A stretch of DNA of 27,350 bases from Octopus sinensis (GCF_006345805.1 NW_021833375.1:1-27350), one strand, 5' to 3'; shown: positions 10,296-21,029, numbered from the stretch's first letter. Notes: generated by a model from the letters alone, not told the origin. Program-made: numbers and translations.

Positions 10296-10575
10296 CTTAT
10301 GTTGGGACGAAGTCATTTGACCCTGTTATTTCCCCTACTTTCGTTCTCACGTCTGATCTCTGACTTCTGGCGGAATCAGGTCGCCATATAGAATCGCTAG
10401 CTTCTGCACGCATTTTTTTCTCTCCTTGTTTCTCTCCGTGTTTCTTTTCTGTGTATCTTTCTGTTGAAGAGCGTAGGCTCGAAACGTAAAAGACTTGTTT
10501 TATTTTATTCCTGAGCGCCATACTAATAAAATTGTTTGGAGACCTGCCTTCGTCGTTTTGTTTATTTTCATAAAG
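10296..10575 (+). mobile_element. Short non-coding element carrying a hammerhead (Penelope pseudo-LTR or retrozyme-like)
   Basis: About 280 bp, CpG-containing, bounded by TA tracts. Contains the hammerhead at 10456-10493 and an AATAAA at 10525-10530. The Penelope link is inferred from the CUGNNGA-A-stem-GAAACG layout; no Penelope ORF was found. Confidence 0.5.
10456..10493 (+). ncRNA. Minimal type I hammerhead ribozyme fold, core variant CUGUUGA
   Basis: UCUUU | CUGUUGA A | GAGC guag GCUC | GAAA CG U A | AAAGA. 5-bp stem I, perfect 4-bp stem II with a tetraloop, palindromic ACGU stem III, GUA triplet (cut after 10488). A6 is replaced by U. Confidence 0.7.
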
Positions 10576-10583
10576 CTTCCCGT

Positions 10584-10644
<61 letters not shown>

Positions 10645-11161
10645 GCTTATATATATATGCATATATACATATGCTTATATATATGCATATATACATATGC
10701 TTATATATATATGCATATATACATATGCTTATATATATATATGCATATATACATATGCATATATGCATATGTTATATGTATATATATATGCAATATATAT
10801 AGTATGTATATATAATACATATGTATATATGCATATGTATATATATATATTATATATATATATTATGCATATGTATATATGCAGATGTTATATAATATAT
10901 TATATATATAATATGCATATGTATATATGCATATGTATATATATATATGTATATATGCATATTATATATGCATATATGCATATATGATATGTCATATTGT
11001 ATATATGCATATGTATATATGCATATATGAATATGTAATATATGCATATATATATATATATATTGCATATATGTATATATGCATATATATATATATATGC
11101 ATATATGTATCTATGCATATATATATAAGCATATGTATATATGCATATATATATGTATATA

Positions 11162-11193
<32 letters not shown>
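10576..11193. repeat. Compound (TA)n microsatellite with ATGCAT and ATGCTTAT units
   Basis: Seen directly. Confidence 0.95.
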
Positions 11194-11195
<2 letters not shown>

Positions 11196-11592
11196 AGTGG
11201 CTGTGTGGTAAGTAGCTTGCTTACGAACCACATGGTTCCGGGGTCAGTCCCACTGCGTGGCACCTTGGGCAAGTGTCTTCTACTATAGCCTTGGGCCGAC
11301 CGAAGCCCTGTGAGTGGATTTGGTAGATGGAAACTGAAAGAAGCCTGTCGTATATATGTATATATATAAATGTGTATGTTTGTGTGTTGTGTTTACCCCC
11401 ACCCCAACGTCGCTTGACAACCGATGCTGGTGTGTTTACGTCCCCGTAACCTTGCGGTTCAGCAAAAGAGACCGATAGAATAAGTACTAGGGTTACAAAG
11501 ATTAAGTCCTGGGGTCGATTTGCTCGACTAAAGGCTGTGCTCCAGCATGGCCACAGTCAAATCACTGAAACAAGTAAATGAGTAGAGAATGA
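11194..11592 (+). mobile_element. tRNA-derived SINE, apparently full length, with a CR1-like 3' tail
   Basis: A-box-like TGGCTGTGTGG (11198), B-box-like GGGTCAGTCC (11241), CORE-like ACCTTGGGCAAGT, internal TA/TG tract (about 11351-11393), 3' GGCTGTGCTCCAGCATGGCC hairpin and a short purine-rich tail. Resembles the abundant octopus SINE families as I recall them. Confidence 0.88.
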
Positions 11593-11671
11593 TATGCATA
11601 TGTACGCATATATATATGTATATATATATATGCATATACACATACGTGTATATATATACATAATTATATGA

Positions 11672-11704
<33 letters not shown>

Positions 11705-12000
11705 TATATATATATGCATATATACATATGCTTATATTTATATATACATATATATGAATATGCATAAATACATAATTATATGAAAATATATATACATATA
11801 TTTGCATATATATACATATATATATATACATACATATGCATACATATATATATATATATGCATATATGTATGTGCATATATTCATGTATGCATATATATT
11901 TATGCATCCATATATATATATATGCATATATATACATGCATCTATACATATATGTATATATATACATTTATATACATCTATAGATACAAGTATATATATG
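11593..12000. repeat. Compound (TA)n microsatellite
   Basis: Seen directly. Confidence 0.93.
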
Positions 12001-12002
12001 CA

Positions 12003-12196
12003 TGTCCTCAGCCACCTGGATTACTACTCATAGCTATGGTCACCCACCAGTGTGAAATTAACAGCTGACCTTGAAGCAATCCTGAGAAGATTCACAAAGA
12101 AGATTGTCTCTTTGCAACAGCTCAGCTACTGGGAAAGATTGAAACAGCTAAGACTCTACTCCCTGGAGAGAAGACTGGAGAGGTATGCAGTAATAT
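12003..12196 (+). mobile_element. CR1-like LINE fragment (ORF2 C-terminal region)
   Basis: [63 protein letters not shown]; aligns by eye with 3655-3845. Confidence 0.88.
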
Positions 12197-12276
12197 TCTT
12201 AAAGGAGTACATATGTTTTGTCATCCTTTGTTTAATTTTATTAGACATGGATCCGATTTTATTCCTATTTAAATTT

Positions 12277-12280
<4 letters not shown>

Positions 12281-12321
<41 letters not shown>

Positions 12322-12370
12322 TATTATTATTATTATTATTATTATCATTATTATTATCATCACTATTATT
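12281..12370. repeat. (TTA)n trinucleotide repeat
   Basis: Seen directly. Confidence 0.95.
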
Positions 12371-12829
12371 ACCACCGCTACTATCTTCATTCAGAGTCAC
12401 AACACATTTATATACTACTTCTAAATTACATCTATTATTATTAACTTACAATTATTTTTATCTCTACAATTACAGTTTTTAAAGTTATTGTCATTTATGG
12501 GGTTAGTATTTAATATTTTGAAATAAAATTTGTATAGCTGATCTATTTAAACAGGAGATAATCTTACCTACATTATTATTAGTTGAATACCCTACTCCTA
12601 TGTTATTTTGAGAAAAGATTTTATATTTAATATTATCAATTATAAATGTTTCTATTATTTTTGTAATTTCTTTTATAACGTTATTTTTAACCTGGGCCCC
12701 GTATACCTATATATCATATATCTATAAAATTCAGTGGGAAATTCGTTTTAGTAACACTAAATTGAATTTCTCTCCCATGTGAAGCCGGAAATAAATTACC
12801 TAATATTAATAATTATAATATAAACATAC

Positions 12830-12882
<53 letters not shown>

Positions 12883-13004
12883 GTATTCGTATATGCATAT
12901 ACGTATATATAGATATACATGTATTCGTATATGCATATACATATATATATATATATACATGTATTCATATATGCATATACATATATACATGTATTCGTAT
13001 ATGC

Positions 13005-13064
<60 letters not shown>

Positions 13065-13419
13065 GTATAAACATACACTACGAGCAAAATGCCCCCCGTC
13101 CAATGTGCTGAGTTGTGAAGCATTTAAACAACATTTTCTCAAAACAACTTGTCCGACCATCCAATATGCCTCCCCTTTGAGAAACACTGATTTAACCTAA
13201 ATTTGAGACACCAGCAAAAGACGAATTCCGACTGATGTATTTGCGCATACAAATGCACGTTCCCATGGCTTTATCGATCGCATTCTCGCCTGGAATAGAT
13301 TTTTGTATCTACATATCACATTTGAGTGTAATCGGACAGAGGATGCCTGAGATCCTAGAAGACACACAGACAGACAGATAGAATGGATTTTATGTAACAG
13401 ATATTCATATATATATATA

Positions 13420-13453
<34 letters not shown>

Positions 13454-13944
13454 TATTAATCATGTCAAAGGAAATGGATTTAATTAGAATTAAAACATTA
13501 AATTTTTTTGCACATTAGACCATTGGAAATGTAAATTGTGATTGAATGTTTTAATCTTAATTAATTTTAATTAAATTCCATTTCCATGATTAAATACTGT
13601 AAGTTTTTGGATAATTTTCGGTTAAAAGTTGGCGTTTATTCATTGTAGCCAACGATGGACTGTGTCTGCGCAGAAAAATTTGAATAGTTAGTTCGTAAAC
13701 ACGAGACAAGTAGCCTTGTTTTTCTCGTGTTGGATATGTACAACCCTAGGTTGGACATTGCTGAAGTAAATCAGACCTTGTGAGTTCTCCTTGAATCATT
13801 AAAAGATGATCAGAAACCAATTGGTCCAGGGACTAGATGGTAAATGTTTTTCATTTCCAAATTTATTCCTGCCGAATTTTATCCGTTATTTTGTGGTATA
13901 GCTGTCCTATAAGTGGATTCCTTATGTGTTTAAATATACACTAT

Positions 13945-13974
13945 ATCGTATATATACATATATATACATATATA

Positions 13975-14010
<36 letters not shown>

Positions 14011-14146
14011 TATATATAAACTATATATATATATATATACACATATATACACATATATATATATATATATACACATATATATATATATATATTATACATA
14101 TACATATATATATATACATATATAATATATACATATATATATATAC

Positions 14147-14191
<45 letters not shown>

Positions 14192-14201
14192 TATAATATA
14201 C

Positions 14202-14232
<31 letters not shown>

Positions 14233-14306
14233 CATATATATATACATATATATATATATACATCTATTATAATACTATATATATATATATACACACATAT
14301 ATATAC

Positions 14307-14337
<31 letters not shown>

Positions 14338-14378
14338 CTATATATATATATAATATATACACACAATAATATACCACA

Positions 14379-14409
<31 letters not shown>

Positions 14410-14567
14410 ATATACATATATATACATATATATAATATACGTATATACATATATATATATTTTATTATACATATATATACATATATATATATATACAACA
14501 CAACACCACACACACATATATACGTATATACATATATATATATTTATATATACATATATATATACAT

Positions 14568-14612
<45 letters not shown>

Positions 14613-14630
14613 CATATATATATACATATG
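13945..14630. repeat. Compound (TA)n/ATACAT/(CA)n microsatellite
   Basis: Seen directly. Confidence 0.95.
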
Positions 14631-14728
14631 AGTGTTTGGGTATTCCACTGATATGCATGCCTTTAACATAATTCTTGAACTGAAATAATATAGCAGTTGC
14701 GTATTTGAATCTCTAATACAATCCAGAG

Positions 14729-14730
<2 letters not shown>

Positions 14731-14785
<55 letters not shown>

Positions 14786-14795
14786 GAGAGGGAGA
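14731..14795. repeat. (GA)n microsatellite
   Basis: Seen directly. Confidence 0.95.
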
Positions 14796-15062
14796 GGAAA
14801 GATGAAAGTGATATGAAGCATCGAACATCGTCCATAGCAAGATTATTATTTCATATGTGGTTTGAGTATGGACAAATGGCAAATTTGTGTTCAGCTGGAT
14901 TTGAGCTGCGGGGTGAGGGAGCGTGTGTAAGCACATTAACTTCTTTAATTTTGCTTTCACAAGTGAGAGAAACCTTGTGGCAATGTTTTTTTATTTCCTT
15001 TTTTAAAATAATTAAAATTAATATGAGTGTGTGTATGTCTACATACATACATATGTGTTGTA

Positions 15063-15094
<32 letters not shown>

Positions 15095-15205
15095 CGTATA
15101 CACACACACACAATCTCCCTATACATATATTGTATGCATTTAGTTTGATGGGATCTAAAAAAAGCTGTTGACATAAGCCACATTAGTGTTATATATATAT
15201 AATTA

Positions 15206-15251
<46 letters not shown>

Positions 15252-15564
15252 ATATATATATAACAGAGTGTGTAGAAATGAGTAGAATGGAATACTGGAT
15301 TGGATACATATTGTATAAATCACAGAATTACATACAAACATACATTCATAGATACATAGATGAGACATGATCATCAGAAATATAGGAAACATAATCATAA
15401 GAAATGGCTTTCTTCAGATTCTCTGAAGGAAATACAATTTGAAAATACCTGATATTATTAATTATACATGGCTAAATATACAAAAAAAAAACACACACCA
15501 ATATATTAAAAAAAAAGAGAAAAAAATGGAAATTAAAGATGGTAAATACTAAGAGAGTATAAAA

Positions 15565-15938
15565 ATGTACACCAAACACCAAAGTACGTTAGTAAAACAT
15601 CTGAGTATGGCTGTTAACACACTGTTTATACATCAAATACCAATATAGCAGTTAGTAAGTGGCATCAGTGAATATGGCTACTAATACACTGTAATACATT
15701 AAACACCAATATAACAAATAGATATATATATATATATATATATAGATATATATATAGAAGAGAGAAAAAATGGCTGTCTGTGGCTGCTAAATAGAGTACT
15801 GTACACCAAACACCAATAGAAACAGTTATATTAATAACTGAGTATGGCTACTAAATAATACACCAAACACCAAATGAGCAGTATGGGAACTGGCTGAGTA
15901 TGGCTACTAATAAAGACACTGTAATACACCAAACACCA

Positions 15939-15987
<49 letters not shown>

Positions 15988-16082
15988 TATAAAGAGAGAG
16001 AGAGAGAAGTTAGTGGACTGACTGACTATAGCTACTATTATTACATTGTTATACACCAAACACCAATGTAGCAGTTAGTGGA
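15565..16082. repeat. Minisatellite, unit about 57-66 bp, 7 copies, interrupted twice by TA+GA tracts
   Basis: Core ACACCAAACACCAA (or variant) at 15569, 15630, 15696, 15803, 15860, 15926 and 16053. Approximate unit: CTGAGTATGGCTACTAATACACTGTAATACACCAAACACCAATATAGCAGTTAGT. Confidence 0.88.
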
Positions 16083-16438
16083 CATAAAATAATGGTTAGT
16101 ATGCAATAAACAACAATAGATGTAATATATACATACATGTATATATACCTATATGTATATGAACATGTGTATATTTATATGTGTGAATGTATATATATAT
16201 ATATATTCATACAAAATCACCCACACAATGAGTTGATGTTTCCCTTTTAATAAAAAAAACCCAAAACATGAGTGATTGGAACTGTTTGGTAGAAGTGTAC
16301 CTGTATGCATGTGTGTATATATACATATGTGTATATGTACATATTTGTACATCTATACATATCACACAAACACATATATATACACATAAGTGTGTATATG
16401 TGTATATATACATATATATCCATACATATGCACATACA

Positions 16439-16483
<45 letters not shown>

Positions 16484-18222
16484 GCACATACATTCACATA
16501 TATATATATACACACACACACACATATTAGCATACATTCATATATCTATATATGTGTATGTGTATATATATATATATGCATGTGTTTAGTCTTGACAATG
16601 CTAGACATTTATACATTGTCAACCTCTCTTTGTTCTTATGTATTAATGTAATCCAAGTAGAATGCTTGGCACTTAGTGTTAACCTTAATTATGTTTGCAA
16701 ATATTCCTTGTTTTTGTATGAAATATGCTCTGTCAATTATACACACTCTCACATACAATAAGAACAAAACAATAGCGACAATAAAAATGTGAAAAAGTCT
16801 ACTTGAAAGAAAAAGGAATGTGTTTAGCAACATACAAATGTTTATTTAAGTTACTCTTGAATATTTTGATGATGTTCACACCAAATTAGTCTTTAAGTTC
16901 TATGTAGAGATGGTGCTTTTACCATTAAATAATTCCTGATCTGCTTGCCTTACATTTCTAATTTCAAATGTGAAAGTTTTTAATTGTCAAACAAACACTC
17001 AATCTTTTCAAATTAATAAAGAATAATTTCCTATATAAGAAATCCCCCTTTTCTTCTTCAGTATTTTCTTGTAATGTACTGAATTCAAAGGTAATGTTTT
17101 CTTTCCTCTTATACTGTGACTTCAGTGAAGCCTCTATATGAAGGATTTAAAATTAAAGTCAGTAACTTCATTATTCAGCTGGTGTTTGGAATGCAACAAA
17201 AAATTATGTTATAAAATTTTGATGATTAACTTTTTAAAATTTAAATAAAAAGACTTTTGATCTTTTGTATCAAAGAACCAGAAAGGAATTTAAGCATGTT
17301 GGTATCAAAAATACTAACTGGTTTAAATATTTGAAGAGAACAAGCAAATATCAACTGAAAGACTGATTTCCGTCTAGGGGAGTATCATTTAGATTCACAG
17401 CATGGTATGAATTACACATTTTGTATAATGATAATTACTTGTTTTCTCCTACTTGTATGCTGTACCTGTTTTAGCATAAGACCAGAAATATATTACAACA
17501 AATAATATTCTTATATACTACAAGGTGTGTTATTTGATTATTATTACATCCCTGTTTGTTTTTCAATTAAAACACATTTATTTTCATATTAAATAACTAT
17601 ATCATTGCAGTTATTCGACTCTGGTATCATAAATACATGTGCTAATTAAATACATATACCTAATTAATCAAGGGTGGAATGTATATTCACAATGTCTTCT
17701 TTTATTAAAATTCCACTCTTCCAATTGTTAGCATCTCACCTTCTAGTTAACACACATCATACATTGACTATACAAGATTTCATATACACACACATAACAT
17801 TTGTTTTATTTTATGAGACAGTGCTCAAATTTATTGTATGACAATATTGATGCACCTAATTGCACTACACATGAAGCACCACCGGTAAGTGTCTGTGCAT
17901 ATACCATTATCAATTTAATTTTTGTTTGATAATAATTCCTTACTTACTTTGAATGAATATGTAATCCCATTGTGGAGTCCTTTTGTTTAAATTGCATCTC
18001 TTTGAAGCTTAATATCTTTAAAGTTACAGCGAGCTATGCTAATGCTTTGTAAGTGTTCTTTATCTGGCGTCCTCACACTTGTGCCATCTCTCAATATTTA
18101 TTTTTTTAAATACTTTTATTGTTTACACCAGTTTGTTGAAATACATATGGATGAGGAAATATATTTTACTCGGATTTATTTCTAAAAAAAATACAAAATA
18201 AAACAACAGTAACACCTCAATG

Positions 18223-18258
<36 letters not shown>

Positions 18259-18394
18259 CCAAGTGCAACTCTCAAGAAAGAAGTATATATAAACTTTCGC
18301 ATGTTTCCTAGCTCTGTTTTTGAAAGCTTATAATGGATTTCAGGATAAAAACAAAATGGAAAAAATAAAAAATAAAACTTTTATAACAACATAT

Positions 18395-18432
18395 GTGGTG
18401 TTGGTGGCGAAGGTGGTGGTGGTGGTGGTGGT
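18395..18432. repeat. (GGT)n repeat
   Basis: GTGGTGTTGGTGGCGAAGGTGGTGGTGGTGGTGGTGGT seen directly. Confidence 0.85.
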
Positions 18433-18681
18433 AGATTTTTAAAAATATTTCCAGGAAAAATATTCAATAAAAATGGAAGAAGATATTTTCAACGAAGGGA
18501 AGTAATTCATACTACATTTTTCTTACAAATTTGTTTGACGCAAAGAGTTATCCTCCTTGTTATCATAAATTGCTTTGTAAATTTTCGATATTGTACAAAT
18601 ATATATATATATATATCAATTGTGATATAGTACAAAACCTATATAAAATACAGGCCACTGTGAAAGCTGCTGCTTATGCTT

Positions 18682-18696
18682 TTTATTCCTTTTATT
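18682..18696 (-). terminator. Candidate proximal poly(A) signals (two AATAAA)
   Basis: Plus-strand TTTATT at 18682-18687 and 18691-18696, followed on the minus strand by the U/GU-rich CCTGTATTTTATATAGGTTTTGTA. AATAAA is also common by chance in AT-rich DNA. Confidence 0.35.
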
Positions 18697-18927
18697 AAAT
18701 CTTGGTGAATGTCCATTTTTCAGTCGTTCTCTTTTTATTCTGGCTCGAATGGCTTTCGTTAGAGTTTGTATGGTTATACGAATATTGTTTTTAGGTGAGC
18801 GTTGTTATATGTATATATATATAAATATTTCTTTATACTTTGTGTAAATAACATTCTTTTTTTGTTGTTATGTTGTAAATAACTTTTAACCCTTACTTAC
18901 CATTTTCTAATTTGATAAGAAGACGTT

Positions 18928-19055
18928 CTAATAGGGGCGATTTGCATCTTTTGGCCGCTTCAACTGTACCTTCAGGCGTTTCATTCCAATTTGAAATCCA
19001 TTCATGGCTTGTATAGCAGCCTGGGCACTGGCTGGATTGTCAAAGCTAACAAAAC
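18928..19055 (-). CDS. CELF3: Last coding exon of a CELF3-6 subfamily (CUGBP Elav-like, Bruno-3/UNC-75-like) RNA-binding protein, end of RRM3
   Basis: After the polypyrimidine tract TTGTTTTTGTTTTTCTGCCATCAG (AG at 19057-19056), the exon reads phase-1 (G)GT plus [41 protein letters not shown] and TAG: 128 nt = 2 + 42 codons. This matches the CELF3/4 C-terminus as I recall it. The paralogue symbol is nominal for an invertebrate gene. Upstream exons are outside the window. Confidence 0.96.
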
Positions 19056-19744
19056 CTGATGGCAGAAAAACAAAAACAAGTTCAGCTAGCCGACCAAAAG
19101 ATTTCCCTGTTTCTTTCCATATTCTGGCGCTTGCTCTTTTCATTTCACATACCTTTTCAAACAGATTCTTCTGCTATCGTTGTGTACATACATAGATATA
19201 GGTATATAAGGAGTTTATTTCTGTGTGCTTGCATATTTAACTGTATGTGTGTGTGTGTGTGTGTATTTATATATATGTTTATATATTTGTACGTGTGTGT
19301 ATTATGTATATATGATTGTATGTATGTATGTATTTATTTCAGGGATAGAGATACTGGTGTTAAATCACGGCATGAGTTTGATTTTTGATTTTGGCTCTTT
19401 ACAACGATGTAATTGCAGGTCAATATTCTTGAGTATATGTCTGATGAAATAGACTATTTGTCTCTCTCTCATACACACATGTAAATCAATGCCTTTCAGA
19501 TTAACTTGAAAACAGGACTGACACACACATCTATACACAAACATCTATGATATAAACATACTTCCTCAGATATATTATTGCTAGCCTCTCAAATGATGCA
19601 TCCACTAAGTAACTCTCTACAAGAAAGATTTAATACTCCTGGCGTTGTATACAAATAAAAACATATTTCTTAATCCTTCATCTTGTATGTTTACACAAAT
19701 ATATATATGAAAAGTACACATAGCTGAGTCGTTGAATTCTGAGC

Positions 19745-20360
19745 ATGGAAAAAGAAACCATGTTGCTCTTATAGTAAACATTTGTGCCGAGTCGCTTGGA
19801 TTACTTCTTTTAATTACAGCAGAACTTGAGGTAATCCAACACTACTACACCAAGAAGATTACTTTAGGTCACTGGTTGACCTACCGGAAATGTCTAAAAG
19901 AGCTGAGGCTCTATGCCCTGGAGAAAGGACTCAAAAGATATGCACTGATATACATATGGAAGGTCTTCCATATGTACTTTGGGATTGTAAGCTATACCAA
20001 TCATTGAGCTGGATTCTACTACATAATATCAAAGATCCCACCTTCTCCATCAGAGTAAAGACCCAGTACGGTAAGAGTTTAGGGTATAAAGGTCCATATC
20101 TTTTCAATACCTTTTTAAAAGGCTTCAGAGATCTAAACAGTGTAGATATGGACGTGTTCAATGAAAAATTAGACAAATTTTTATCTGATGTATCAGATTA
20201 ACCTATATCACATCAAGAAACACAAGGGCAGCTCTGTCCAACTCACTTCCCCAAGACTGATTCTGGAGATAGGGCCAAGAAATGAGTCTAAAATAAGAGA
20301 GCATTAACACTAGTGGCAGTGCCCCAGCATGACCACAATCACTGGCTAAAATTGATGATA
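19745..20360 (+). mobile_element. CR1-like LINE 3' fragment with 3' UTR, antisense within the CELF intron
   Basis: ITAELEVIQHYYTKK, LKELRLYALEKGLKRYALIYIWK, KSLGYKGPYLFN..RDLNSVDMDVFNEKLDKFLSDVSD, then the tail motif GGCAGTGCCCCAGCATGACCAC (20315-20336). Confidence 0.85.
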
Positions 20361-20659
20361 GATTAGAATATTTATATATATGCATACACACAAATATCTG
20401 CATATATACATATTTATGTGTATGTATGTACACATAAATGCATATACACATACATATATATATGCGCATGCATGTATGTGTATGGAAGTATAATATATGT
20501 ATATGTGTATATGTATATATATGTACACATAATGTACAACAAAATAAAATATACATTTGTATATGCAAATATATATACTTATACACATAATTATGTATAT
20601 TCCTAGATATGCATATTTTATGTATATGCATAGACTTGGCATGTACTCATGTCTGTGCA

Positions 20660-20709
20660 TGCACATATACATACATATATGTATATATATATATATGTAT
20701 ATATATATG

Positions 20710-20762
<53 letters not shown>

Positions 20763-20763
20763 G

Positions 20764-20794
<31 letters not shown>

Positions 20795-20816
20795 GTATAT
20801 ATATGTATGTATGTAT

Positions 20817-20850
<34 letters not shown>

Positions 20851-20885
20851 GTATATATATGGATTATATATATATAATATATATG

Positions 20886-20916
<31 letters not shown>

Positions 20917-21029
20917 GTATATTATATATTATATATAATATATATATATATGTATATAAATATATGTATATATATATAATATGTATATATATGTATATGT
21001 ATATATATACATATATAATACATATATTT

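Larger units (their letters stand above)
16820..18927 (-). other. Putative long 3' UTR of the CELF gene (extent uncertain)
   Basis: Follows the TAG directly. About 2.1-2.3 kb of unique AT-rich sequence nearly free of the transposons and long TA tracts found elsewhere. Minus-strand AATAAA candidates at 18734-18739, 18691-18696, 18682-18687, 17701-17706 and 16841-16846. Confidence 0.5.

Noticed and set aside
11194-11265. tRNA gene
   Set aside because: A and B boxes are present, but the sequence continues into a SINE core and tail with no complete cloverleaf.
13081-13330. Possible LINE C-terminal relic (..HTNARSHGFIDRILAWN..)
   Set aside because: Only a faint resemblance to the F..R....WN motif; too weak to call without a profile search.
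15565-16082. Repeat-spacer look resembling a CRISPR array
   Set aside because: Eukaryotic context, no cas genes, and the 'spacers' are homologous to each other; it is a minisatellite.
17859-17865. miR-92-family seed match (GTGCAAT) in the putative 3' UTR
   Set aside because: A single 7-mer in more than 2 kb is expected by chance; no conservation data.
19056-19143. N-terminal 29 aa ([10 protein letters not shown]...LPS) of the 71-aa ORF 18928-19143
   Set aside because: Read-through into the intron. CELF similarity starts exactly at the AG acceptor after a polypyrimidine tract.
19242-19265. (TG)n near the CELF acceptor as an autoregulatory site
   Set aside because: On the transcribed minus strand it reads (CA)n, not UG.
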